Assembly (NCBI GenBank): GCA_030426395.1
Contig: JAUHYE010000002.1
Coordinates: 960-64,959 of the forward strand
Length of the DNA stretch: 64,000 nucleotides
Direction: 5' to 3'
DNA from: Phycisphaerae bacterium
Lineage (GTDB): Bacteria; Planctomycetota; Phycisphaerae; Phycisphaerales; UBA1924
Shown: positions 18,627 to 27,300 of the stretch, piece by piece
Numbering within the stretch: position 1 is the first letter of the stretch
Layout: the number at the start of each line of letters is the position of its first letter
Made by a program: the position numbers and the translations under genes
Notes under the pieces: generated by a model
Seen by the model: only the letters and a program-made list of their open reading frames with translations
What the model was told of the DNA's origin: nothing
Database searches by the model: none

Positions 18627-19541
18627 ATGCCCACACCCGACCAATCGCCCGGCCCGGCCGGTGTCGCCTACGGCCTGCTGGCCTACATCTGGTGGGGCAG
18701 CGTCGTGCCGATCTACGTACGCACCCTTTCGCACGGCGACTGGAGCACGCCGGCGATCGAACTGGTCGCCCAGCGGGTCGTCTTCGGCATCCCCGTGCTG
18801 CTTCTCTTGTTGATCGCCACTGGCCGGATGGGTGAACTCAAGGCGGCGATCACCGACCCGAAGCGATTGCGCGTGCTGCTGCTGACCGCGGCGTTGATCG
18901 CGTGCAACTGGTTCGCGTTCGTCACCGCCGTCGCGACCGAACGCCTAATTGACGCAAGCCTTGGGTATTACATCACGCCCCTGGTATCGATCGCGTTGGG
19001 GGTCATCCTGCTCGGCGAGCGCCCACGGCGGCCGCAGATCGTGGCCATCCTGATGGCGCTCGTCGCGGTGGTCATCCTGACCTGGCATCGCGGTGGGCTG
19101 CCGTGGATCGCCGTCACGCTCGCGCTGAGCTTCGGCTTCTACGGCCTCGTCCGCAAGCGTGCCCAGACCAAGCCGGCGCCGGGACTGTGCGTCGAGATGC
19201 TGGCCATGCTGCCCGCCGCCATCGGCATCTACGCATGGCTGCTGCTGACCGAGAAGGCGGGCATCGTCGAGGGGCCGCCAATGCGGACAACGCTGATGGC
19301 CGTGGGCGGGGTGGTTGTGGTCGTGCCGCTGGTCGCCTTCGCCGCCGCCGCCCACCGGCTTCGGCTTGCCACCCTGGGCATGCTGCAATACCTCGCGCCC
19401 ACGGGCCAATTCATCCTCTCGATTGTGTTCGGCCAGGAACTCGACAGGACCACATTGGCGGCGTTCGGTCTCATCTGGACGGCATTGGCGTTGTATAGCT
19501 GGGACGCGTGGCGGCGGAGCAAGCGGCCTAATCCAGCATAG
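18627..19541 (+). CDS. rarD: EamA/RarD-family transporter
   Basis: GVAYGLLAYIWWGSVVPIY, typical of RarD. About 10 hydrophobic helices. ATG 18627. Confidence 0.85.
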   Translation: MPTPDQSPGPAGVAYGLLAYIWWGSVVPIYVRTLSHGDWSTPAIELVAQRVVFGIPVLLLLLIATGRMGELKAAITDPKRLRVLLLTAALIACNWFAFVTAVATERLIDASLGYYITPLVSIALGVILLGERPRRPQIVAILMALVAVVILTWHRGGLPWIAVTLALSFGFYGLVRKRAQTKPAPGLCVEMLAMLPAAIGIYAWLLLTEKAGIVEGPPMRTTLMAVGGVVVVVPLVAFAAAAHRLRLATLGMLQYLAPTGQFILSIVFGQELDRTTLAAFGLIWTALALYSWDAWRRSKRPNPA

Positions 19542-19569
19542 AAAAACAGCCCTGACAGAGCGCCAGGGC
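19542..19569 (-). terminator. hairpin plus T-run downstream of tRNA-Lys (possibly bidirectional with rarD)
   Basis: Stem gccctg (19549-19554) / cagggc (19564-19569). On the minus strand it is followed by tgttttt. Confidence 0.45.
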
Positions 19570-19577
19570 CGCAAAAG

Positions 19578-19650
<73 letters not shown>

Positions 19651-19841
19651 AATCGGGGGACATTGTATCCCGGAAATCGCCGTTGGGTGGCTTTGCTGGG
19701 CAACGCAAATTAGTATTTACCCTTAATTTCCACCTCTGACTGAAACAATCCTCTCCAAAAGCTAGTAAGTCTTTACTAGACCGAGGCCGCCGGTGCTCAG
19801 CTGCGCGGGGGCTGCTGCTCGAACCAACGGAGGTGTTCACA

Positions 19842-20195
19842 ATGATCCGCAAGACGAACTGGCGTAAGGGCTTGGCAGTGTCGGCGGCGTTTGTCCCGCT
19901 TGCCTTGATGGGCGGGTGCTCGAACGGGCTCCAGGGCGCATTCTCGGGCGCGGCGCTGGGCAGCCTGGCCGGACTGGGCATCGGATCGGTTACCGGCGAT
20001 CGCAGCGACGCCGTCACGATGGGCGCCATCCTCGGCGGCATCGGCGGCGCGGTCATCGGCGATCAGAACGCCCGGGCCTCGTCGTACGGCACGCCGCAGG
20101 GCAGCGGCTACTACACAGGCGGGCACCACGGGTACGTCGGCCACCGCGGGTACAGCTCATCCCATCACGGCCGCCACTCGTCGCCCTGCTGGTAA
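19842..20195 (+). CDS. glycine-zipper small lipoprotein (SlyB/17-kDa antigen-like)
   Basis: GGAGG lies 8 nt before ATG 19842. Lipobox LALMGGCS. Gly-zipper GAALGSLAGLGIGSVTG...GAILGGIGGAVIGD. Confidence 0.75.
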   Translation: MIRKTNWRKGLAVSAAFVPLALMGGCSNGLQGAFSGAALGSLAGLGIGSVTGDRSDAVTMGAILGGIGGAVIGDQNARASSYGTPQGSGYYTGGHHGYVGHRGYSSSHHGRHSSPCW

Positions 20196-20211
20196 GGACA
20201 GGATCTCCAAT

Positions 20212-20814
20212 TCAGTCAGGCTTCATGCCCTCGGCGATCTGCCGGAGGGTGTCGGCCCACAGCCCCGCTTCGGCGCGCAAATCGTCTTCGAGGAGGTCGG
20301 CCACGGTCGAGAGATCGTCGTTGCCTACCGCACGCTTGAGGTCGTCGAGTTGTTTCGATAGCGATTCGGTGCGCTTGTCGAGCGATCCCTCGGCGGCGTA
20401 GCTCGAAAGAGGCTGGCCCACCGCGGCCCCGCCTTGGGCAACCGCCTCGCGAACGGCCTGCCACGTCGAGAGCAGTTGGCCGAGCGCGCCCATCGCCGCT
20501 CGGATATCACCTCGGTGGATCATCTCCGCGCAGGCGGCGTGCTCGTCCTGGGCGCTGTCCATCGCGTCGGCGGCATCGAAGAGCGTGACGCGCACCAGCG
20601 AGGTGGGATCGGTGCTGGTCATCTCGACGTGCTGGGCGTCGATCGCCTCGTCGCTTGGCTGGCCGAGGGCCTCGCCGTGCAGGGGCTCGCCATCCAGCAG
20701 CACTTCGACGATGATGCGACCTCGCTCGCGAGCGTTGGCGACGCCGGCCTCGAGGGCGGCGGCCAGTGAGGGGCGGTCGATCGTCAGGGGTTGGCCGTCC
20801 AGGGTGGCCTTCAT
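20212..20814 (-). CDS. hypothetical acidic helical protein
   Basis: ATG 20814 (MKATLDGQPL) lies 23 nt after the xthA stop. The upstream part of ORF 20212-21093 overlaps xthA. No family recognised. Confidence 0.6.
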   Translation of the reverse strand: MKATLDGQPLTIDRPSLAAALEAGVANARERGRIIVEVLLDGEPLHGEALGQPSDEAIDAQHVEMTSTDPTSLVRVTLFDAADAMDSAQDEHAACAEMIHRGDIRAAMGALGQLLSTWQAVREAVAQGGAAVGQPLSSYAAEGSLDKRTESLSKQLDDLKRAVGNDDLSTVADLLEDDLRAEAGLWADTLRQIAEGMKPD

Positions 20815-20837
20815 GCGGTGTTCCTTCTTTCGCCCGG

Positions 20838-21626
20838 TTACGGCTTGGGCAGGTCCAGATCGGCCACCACGGGCGCGTGGTCGGAGATGCCATCGGCAGC
20901 TTCGCGGTCGACCCAGCAATCCTTCATGACCTTTTTGGCCGCCTTGTTGGCCAACAGGTAGTCGATGCGCCAGCCGCGATCGAGGCTTCGGGCCTGCCCG
21001 CGGTTGCTCCACCATGTGTACGGGCCGTGGACGTCGCCGTGCTTCTCGCGGATCACGTCGTGCCAGCCAGCATCGAACAGGCCGCCCACCCACTCGCGCT
21101 CGTGAGGCAGGAAGCCGCTGTTCTTCTGGTTGCCCTTGGCATAGAAGATGTCACGTTCGGTGTGGGCCACGTTGAAGTCTCCACCCAGCAGCACGGGCGT
21201 GCGCTTGCGGCGCAGCGGCTCGACCCACTTGGTGAACTGCGGCATCCACTGTTCCTTGATGGCCTGGCGATGTTCCCCCGACGAACCCGACGGCAGGTAG
21301 ACGCTCGCGACGACCAGACCACCGACGTCGGCCATGATCAACCGGCCCTCCTCATCCTCATCGCACACGCCGTTGCACAGTCCATAGGTGATCTTCCTGG
21401 GTTCGCTCTTGCTGAGCAGTGCCGTGCCCGAGTAACCCTTGCGAGCGGCGGGGTTCCACACGATGTTGTACTTGCCCGCGTGGATCAACGGCTCTGGTAC
21501 CTGCTCTCGCATCGCCCGCACTTCTTGCAGGAGTACTACGTCGGCGTCTATGGCGTCGAGCATGTCGCCCAGGCCCTTCTTCCAGGCCGAGCGGATGCCG
21601 TTGATGTTCCAGGTCGCGACTCGCAT
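20838..21626 (-). CDS. xthA: exodeoxyribonuclease III
   Basis: MRVATWNINGIRS, VVLLQE, GDFNVAH and the C-terminal SDHAPV motif of the EEP/ExoIII family. Confidence 0.92.
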   Translation of the reverse strand: MRVATWNINGIRSAWKKGLGDMLDAIDADVVLLQEVRAMREQVPEPLIHAGKYNIVWNPAARKGYSGTALLSKSEPRKITYGLCNGVCDEDEEGRLIMADVGGLVVASVYLPSGSSGEHRQAIKEQWMPQFTKWVEPLRRKRTPVLLGGDFNVAHTERDIFYAKGNQKNSGFLPHEREWVGGLFDAGWHDVIREKHGDVHGPYTWWSNRGQARSLDRGWRIDYLLANKAAKKVMKDCWVDREAADGISDHAPVVADLDLPKP

Positions 21627-21651
21627 GGCCCAGTGTATGGGCGCGCCGTGC

Positions 21652-23133
21652 TCAGTCTTCCGGGCCGTCGAGCCCCAGGGCCTTCATCTTCTTGTAGAGC
21701 GTGGTGCGGTTGATGTCCAGGTCGTCGGCGGTGGCCTGCCGATTCCAGTCGTTGGCCTGGAGGGCCCTCAGAATAATCCGCTTCTCCGGCTCCCGCAGCG
21801 CATCGGCCAGTGGCGTGGGTATCCACGGCGATTCGACTTCCGGCTCGGGCGCGCGGTGCGACGCGGGTGTCAGCGGGCCCGTGGCGTTCTCGATGACCTG
21901 CGGCGGAAGGTCGTGCAGCGCGATGGTTGGCGTGCGCGTCAGCACGGCGGCCCGCTCGACGATGTTCTGCAACTCGCGCACGTTGCCGGGATAGCTGTAC
22001 CGCCGAAGCGCGTCCATCGCGTCATCGGCAAAGCCCAGCAACGCCTTGCCAAGCTCCTCGGCGTGCTGTTTCAGGAAGTGCTCGGCCAGCATCGGCACGT
22101 CGTTCACGCGATCGCGCAGCGGCGGGATCTCGATCTTCACGACGTTAATGCGGTAGTACAGGTCTTGCCTGAACTTGCCCTCGGCCACAAGGGCTTCGAG
22201 ATCCTGGTTACTAGCGAGCACGACGCGGGTATCGACCTCGATGGTCTCGTTGCTGCCCACGGGCTCGAAGCGACGCTCCTGCAACACGCGCAGCAACTTG
22301 AGCTGCATCGCCGGGCTCGCGCTGTTGATCTCGTCGAGGAAGAGCGTGCCGCCATCGGCCGCGAGGAATCGTCCAGCCTTGTCGGCGTGCGCGCCGGTAA
22401 AGGCCCCCTTGACGTGGCCGAAGAGCTCGCTCTCGAGCAGCGTCTCGGGGATGGATCCGCAGGAGATCTCGACGAAGGGCTCGTTGCGCCGCGGGCTGTT
22501 CTGGTGAATGGCGCGGGCGATGAGGCTCTTGCCCACGCCGCTCTCGCCGCTCATGAGCACGGTCGTCCTGCTGGGCGCGACAGCTTCGATCAGCTCGAAG
22601 ATGCGTTGCACGCGGTGATCGCGACCGACGATGCCTTCCAACCCATACCGGCCGGCGAGCTGCTGCTTGAGGCGGCGGTTCTCGCTGAGCAGCTTGTGCT
22701 GGCCGAGCGCGCGTTCGAGCGACACACGCAACTCGCTGTCGACCACCGGCTTGGTGAGGTAATCGCTCGCGCCCAGGCGCAGGGCCTCGACGGCCGACTC
22801 GATCGTGCCGTAGCCCGTCAGCATGATGACCGCGGCATCGTGCTCCTTCTGGATGTGCGCAAGCAGGTCCATGCCGCCCATGCCGGGCATCGAGACGTCG
22901 CAGATCGCAAGGTCGTACGGGTGCGGCACACGGCTGGGGCCGTCGGTGTGCTGCTCGGCCTCTGCCAGGGCCTCCATGGCCTCGGCGGCGTCGAAGGCGG
23001 TGGCGGCCTCGTAGCCCTCGCGCACCAGGAACTCGGCCAAGCTCTCGGCGATGATGGGGTCGTCGTCGATCACCAGCACCTTGTGCGTGGCGGTCTGCTT
23101 GCTCTGGGGCGGGCTCTTCGCTTCGGTGGCCAT
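21652..23133 (-). CDS. sigma-54-dependent response regulator (NtrC family)
   Basis: Receiver domain VLVIDDDPIIAESL...DVSMPGMGG. AAA+ domain GESGVGKSLIARAIH and GAFTGA loop (KGAFTGAHADKAGRF). C-terminal Fis-type HTH INRTTLYKKMKALGL. Confidence 0.92.
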   Translation of the reverse strand: MATEAKSPPQSKQTATHKVLVIDDDPIIAESLAEFLVREGYEAATAFDAAEAMEALAEAEQHTDGPSRVPHPYDLAICDVSMPGMGGMDLLAHIQKEHDAAVIMLTGYGTIESAVEALRLGASDYLTKPVVDSELRVSLERALGQHKLLSENRRLKQQLAGRYGLEGIVGRDHRVQRIFELIEAVAPSRTTVLMSGESGVGKSLIARAIHQNSPRRNEPFVEISCGSIPETLLESELFGHVKGAFTGAHADKAGRFLAADGGTLFLDEINSASPAMQLKLLRVLQERRFEPVGSNETIEVDTRVVLASNQDLEALVAEGKFRQDLYYRINVVKIEIPPLRDRVNDVPMLAEHFLKQHAEELGKALLGFADDAMDALRRYSYPGNVRELQNIVERAAVLTRTPTIALHDLPPQVIENATGPLTPASHRAPEPEVESPWIPTPLADALREPEKRIILRALQANDWNRQATADDLDINRTTLYKKMKALGLDGPED

Positions 23134-23139
23134 CGGGCG

Positions 23140-24012
23140 TTATCCGATGCTCTGCGCGCCGCGGTCTTGCGGCACGGGGTAGCGGGCCCGCAGCACGGCC
23201 CCGCCCTCGCGCGAGGGCGTGAGCTCGAGCGTGCCGCCCATGTCGCGGGCCACCTCGGCGCTGATGGCAAGGCCCAGCCCGAAGCCCTTGGACTTGCTCG
23301 TCACGCCGGGCTCGAACACGCGCCCGGGGGGCAGATCAAGATCAAGCCCCGGCCCGGTGTCGCGGATCTCCAGGACCACCTGCGGACCGTCGTCCTCGGT
23401 GGTGTCCAGGTGCAGCGAGAGTGTGACCTTGCCCGGCTTGCCCGAGCGCTCGACGGCCTCGATGGCGTTCCGCAGGCCGTTGAGGATGAGCGGGTAGATC
23501 GGGCCAGCCGGCACCCGCTGGGCGCCCTCCTGGAGCTGGCCCTCGAGGGTCGCCAGCGCTTCGGCGGCTAGGGGGGCGACTACCGCCAGGGCGTGCTCAG
23601 CGGCCTCGGCCAGCGAGATAGGCGTGCCGCGGGCGATCGTGGGCGAGCCCGCACCGCCCGGGGCGCCACTGAGGGTCGCGTGCAGGATGTCGCACATCCG
23701 CTCCATGGCCTGGTAGGCGGTGTTGACCTGCTTGCGAACCGGGTCGAGCTCGCGGGCGGCGGCCTCGCTCAGCTCGGCGTCGAGGGACTGGCGGGCCATG
23801 GCCAGCTGCCGCATCGAGCCGTCGAGCAGGTTGTTGAGGTCGTGGGCCAGGCTGGTGAGCTTGTCGGCCACGGGCACCATGCCGGGCACGCCCGGTGCTG
23901 GGCGTCGGACGGGCCGGCGGTCGCCGGGGGAGGGCTCGTTGTCGCGATGATGCTCCATCGCATCGGTCATCGGCCCGGTCATGGTTCCGGCTGTGTTGCT
24001 TTTGAGCAACAC
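23140..24012 (-). CDS. soluble sensor histidine kinase (HisKA + HATPase_c)
   Basis: H-box LAHDLNNLLDG. G-boxes DTGPGL and GFGLGLAIS. 7 nt upstream of the response regulator gene. ORF start 24012 is GTG; ATG 23982 is the alternative. Confidence 0.85.
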   Translation of the reverse strand: MLLKSNTAGTMTGPMTDAMEHHRDNEPSPGDRRPVRRPAPGVPGMVPVADKLTSLAHDLNNLLDGSMRQLAMARQSLDAELSEAAARELDPVRKQVNTAYQAMERMCDILHATLSGAPGGAGSPTIARGTPISLAEAAEHALAVVAPLAAEALATLEGQLQEGAQRVPAGPIYPLILNGLRNAIEAVERSGKPGKVTLSLHLDTTEDDGPQVVLEIRDTGPGLDLDLPPGRVFEPGVTSKSKGFGLGLAISAEVARDMGGTLELTPSREGGAVLRARYPVPQDRGAQSIG

Positions 24013-24053
24013 TTTTGGACCATTGGTTTTCGGACGTTGAATACCGGCAACAT

Positions 24054-24090
24054 CCCGACCACACGCGCAAAGGTTGCGCGTGTGGTCGGG
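24054..24090 (-). terminator. 17-bp perfect hairpin 11 nt after the ileS stop
   Basis: cccgaccacacgcgcaa / agg / ttgcgcgtgtggtcggg read directly. There is no U-tract, so its function as an intrinsic terminator is inferred. Confidence 0.5.
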
Positions 24091-24100
24091 CCGAATCGGT

Positions 24101-27040
24101 TCAGGCGACGCCCAACGCTTCGGCGTCGCGGTTGCTGAGCATGCCGCCGTCGGAGCGTTCCTTCACCGTGCCGTCACGCTTCCACGATCGCTCGCAGCGG
24201 GGGTCGGAGCCGTGATCGGTCACGGCGATCTCGCCCTGGCCGACCTCGACCTTGCTCACCCCCAGCAGGTCGGCCAGGTCGACGGGGTCGAAGCCGTCGA
24301 TCAGGCCCTCGGGGCTGGGTAGGGTGACCCAGGCGTCCAGGGGGTTGTCGATGTCCATTCCGCCCTTGTCGGCCGGGCCGCGGGCGAGTTCGATGGCGGC
24401 CAGCGCCTTGTCGCGGAGGTCCATGACCCTGGCCCAACGCTCGTCGGCCACGATGCCGCTGGCGGGCAGCACGGTCTTGAGGTGGACGCAGGTGTCGATA
24501 TCGTCGGCCGGCGCGCGGCGGAGGGCGCGGAAGGCCTCGTCGGCAGTGTGGGGAACGATGGGCGCGAGCAAGCGGCACAGGCCGTCGGTGATGTGGTGCA
24601 AGACCGTCTGCGTGCGCCGGCGGCGGGCGTTGCCCGGCTTGTCGCAGTACAGACGGTCCTTGATGGCCGCGAGGTAGACCGCGCTCATGGTGTCGTTGCA
24701 GAAGGCGTAGAGCTTCGCGTGCGCGACGCGGAATTCGTACTTCTCGTAGGCCGCCAGAACGTCCTTCGTGAGTGCGTCGAACTTCGACAGGGCCCAGGCG
24801 TCGATGCTGGTGGGCTCGACACTCCGCAGGTCGACGGCATCGTTGGGGTTGAAGTCGCCGAGGTTGCCGAGCATGAAGCGCAGGGTGTTGCGCACCTTGC
24901 GGTAGGCCTCGCCGGCGATGGCGAAGAACTCGTCGTCGACCTTGGCGTCGTTCTCGTAGCTCAGCGAGGCGACCCACCAGCGGAGCACGTCGCAGCCGTA
25001 CTTCGTAAAGAGCGCCTCGATGGTGTCGCCGCGGCTCTTGCTGAGCTTCTGGCCGTCCTTGTCGACCATGAAGCCGTGGGTGACGACGGCCTTGTACGGC
25101 GGCTTGCCGGTCGATGCGATCGCGCACGCGAGGCTCGACTGGAACCATCCGCGGTGCTGGTCGCTGCCTTCCAGGTACAACTCGCTTGGGAACACGCCCA
25201 GCCGGTGGCGCATGACGGCGTTCCACGTCGCGCCGCTCTCGAACCAGACGTCGAGGATGTCCTCGCCCTTGCGGAGCTTGGACTTGCTCAGATTCTTGAG
25301 CTCGTCGGGCAGGTCGGGATCGTTGCCCGCGTCCCAGCCCGCGAGCAGTTGCTCGGGCGTCTCGGTGAACCACGCGTCGCTGCCGCGCTCGCCGAAGACT
25401 GTGGCGACCTCGCGCACGAGCGTGGGTGTCAGCACGGCCGAGCCGTTCTCGGTGTGGAACGCGGGGATGGGCAAACCCCACGCACGCTGGCGGCTGATGC
25501 ACCAGTCGGGGCGGCTGTCGAGCATGCCACGCAAGCGGTTTCTTGCCCACGCGGGCACGAAATTGACGCTCTCGGGGTTCTCCTGGTCGACCGACCAGAG
25601 CGACCTATCGCGCAGGCTCTTCTTCTCGTCGCCATCGACGGTGAACGTGCCGTCGATCGACACGAACCACTGCTCGGTGCTGCGGAAGATGACCGGCGTC
25701 TTGGAGCGCCAGTCGTGCGGGTAGCTGTGCATGAACTTCGCGCTATGGAACAAATGCCCACTCTCGCGCAGGCGCTCGGTGATCGCCTCGTTGGCCTTCC
25801 AGATGTGCTGGTCTTGCAGCCACTGGGGCGTCGTGTCGTCGTAGGTGCCGTCGCCCTTGACCGGGCAATAGATCGGCAGCCCCACGCGCTTGCCGGTCTC
25901 GTAGTCCTCGGCACCGTGGCCGGGGGCGGTGTGGACCAGGCCGGTGCCGTCATCGAGCGTGACGTACTCGGCGTCGTACACCGTCCAGCATTTGTCGGCG
26001 CATTCCTCCCCGCCGGGCGTGTATTGCAGGAACGGATGGCGGTACTTCAGCCCAACGAGCGCCGAGCCGGCGGTCTTCGCCAGCACGTGCACGTCCTCGG
26101 CCTTGCCCATCTTCGCGACCGTGTTGAGCAACGCCTCGGCGACCACCGTCAGGTTCCCATCGATGCGCGCCAGAACATACTCGAACTTCGCCCCCACCGC
26201 CACGGCCAGGTTGGCCGGCAGCGTCCAGGGCGTGGTGGTCCAGATCATGAAGCTGGGTGTCTGCCCGGGCCGCTCGGCGTCGGGGATGCCGAAGGCGTCG
26301 TAGACCTTCTCCTTGTCGGCGGCCTCGAAGTCGACGAAGACCGAGATGTCCTCGCGGTCCATGTACTCCAGTTCGGCCTCGGCCAGGGCGGTCTCGTTGG
26401 CGATCGACCAGTGCACGGGCTTGAGCGCGCGATAGACGAGCCCGCGCTCGCACAAGTCGGCCAGAACCTCGGTCACGGCCTTCTCGAAGCCGGGCTGGAT
26501 GGTCAGATACGGGTGCTCGTAGTCCGCAAGCGTCAGCAGGCGAATCATCTGGCTGGTCTGCAAGTCCACATAGGTGCGCGCGTACTGCTCGCACTCGGCC
26601 CGCACCTTCGCGCGGCGCTCCCACGCGTCCAGACCGTCGAGCTCCTTGATCTTCTTGCTCTTGACCAGTTCGCCCATGACCTTGTGCTCGATGGGCAGGC
26701 CGTGGCAGTCCCACCCCGGCACGAAGGGGCAGTCCCTGCCCATCATGGTCTGGCTGCGGACGACCAGGTCCTTGAGCGTCTTGTTGGTCAGGTGGCCCAG
26801 GTGGATGGAGCCGTTGGCGTAGGGCGGGCCGTCGTGGAAGGCGAAGTCGGGCGCGTCCTGCCTCTGCTCGCGCAGCTTCTGGTAGACGCCGGCCTTCTGC
26901 CACCGCTCCACGCTCGCAGGCTCGTTGGTGACCAAGCCGGCGCGCATGGGGAAGTCGGTCTGGGGGAGGTTGAGCGATTGCCGGTACTTGTTCTTGTCGG
27001 GCTTGGCCTTGTCGGGCTTCGGCTGGGTCGATTCGGTCAT
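24101..27040 (-). CDS. ileS: isoleucine--tRNA ligase
   Basis: HIGH motif PPYANGSIHLGHL. KMSKS variant KLSKS. CP1 editing region. ATG 27040 (MTESTQPKPDK). Confidence 0.95.
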   Translation of the reverse strand: MTESTQPKPDKAKPDKNKYRQSLNLPQTDFPMRAGLVTNEPASVERWQKAGVYQKLREQRQDAPDFAFHDGPPYANGSIHLGHLTNKTLKDLVVRSQTMMGRDCPFVPGWDCHGLPIEHKVMGELVKSKKIKELDGLDAWERRAKVRAECEQYARTYVDLQTSQMIRLLTLADYEHPYLTIQPGFEKAVTEVLADLCERGLVYRALKPVHWSIANETALAEAELEYMDREDISVFVDFEAADKEKVYDAFGIPDAERPGQTPSFMIWTTTPWTLPANLAVAVGAKFEYVLARIDGNLTVVAEALLNTVAKMGKAEDVHVLAKTAGSALVGLKYRHPFLQYTPGGEECADKCWTVYDAEYVTLDDGTGLVHTAPGHGAEDYETGKRVGLPIYCPVKGDGTYDDTTPQWLQDQHIWKANEAITERLRESGHLFHSAKFMHSYPHDWRSKTPVIFRSTEQWFVSIDGTFTVDGDEKKSLRDRSLWSVDQENPESVNFVPAWARNRLRGMLDSRPDWCISRQRAWGLPIPAFHTENGSAVLTPTLVREVATVFGERGSDAWFTETPEQLLAGWDAGNDPDLPDELKNLSKSKLRKGEDILDVWFESGATWNAVMRHRLGVFPSELYLEGSDQHRGWFQSSLACAIASTGKPPYKAVVTHGFMVDKDGQKLSKSRGDTIEALFTKYGCDVLRWWVASLSYENDAKVDDEFFAIAGEAYRKVRNTLRFMLGNLGDFNPNDAVDLRSVEPTSIDAWALSKFDALTKDVLAAYEKYEFRVAHAKLYAFCNDTMSAVYLAAIKDRLYCDKPGNARRRRTQTVLHHITDGLCRLLAPIVPHTADEAFRALRRAPADDIDTCVHLKTVLPASGIVADERWARVMDLRDKALAAIELARGPADKGGMDIDNPLDAWVTLPSPEGLIDGFDPVDLADLLGVSKVEVGQGEIAVTDHGSDPRCERSWKRDGTVKERSDGGMLSNRDAEALGVA

Positions 27041-27221
27041 GGGGTCACGCTCCGATGGGGCCAACCGCGCCCGGGCGGGGCTCGGGGGCGTCTGGCAGAG
27101 TGGCAAGGGCTGTGATGGTACGAGCGCGGGCGAGCGGCCCGCGAAGAAGGGATGCGGCTCGGCGGGGGCCCCTCAGCGGGGCGATGTAATTCGTCGGGCG
27201 GCCAGCATGCTCCATGATAGG

Positions 27222-27253
27222 AGCCCCGCCCGGACGAGCGTCCGGGCGGGGCT
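27222..27253 (-). terminator. 13-bp GC hairpin downstream of the dockerin-module gene
   Basis: agccccgcccgga / cgagcg / tccgggcggggct. Lies 48 nt after the stop at 27301. No clear U-tract. Confidence 0.4.
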
Positions 27254-27300
27254 GGAGCACACTCCTCGCCCGAGGAGAGTCGGGTTGTGGGCCGGCTGGC

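Noticed and set aside
23993-24012. Palindrome GTGTTGC-N6-GCAACAC upstream of the kinase/regulator operon, considered as a sigma-54 promoter or terminator.
   Set aside because: The GG to GC spacing in the nearby TGGTCC...TTGC string is 12 nt rather than the canonical 10. No plus-strand gene ends here. It may be an operator, or simply overlap the GTG start, and it cannot be resolved by eye.
24482-27115. 877-aa plus-strand ORF. Similar very long ORFs occur at 29033-31741 (minus), 21439-23571 (plus), 6451-8019 (plus), 2992-3924 (plus) and 34024-35013 (minus).
   Set aside because: All lie antisense to, or out of frame with, genes that have unmistakable family signatures (ileS, the NtrC-type regulator, dnaB, etc.). 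They are Arg/Ala/Gly/Pro-dominated with no recognisable motifs. These are classic shadow ORFs of GC-rich DNA.
27111-27130. T-box-like string GTGATGGTACGAGCGCG in the region upstream of ileS.
   Set aside because: It is on the plus strand, whereas ileS is transcribed from the minus strand. No specifier or antiterminator architecture is evident on the correct strand.
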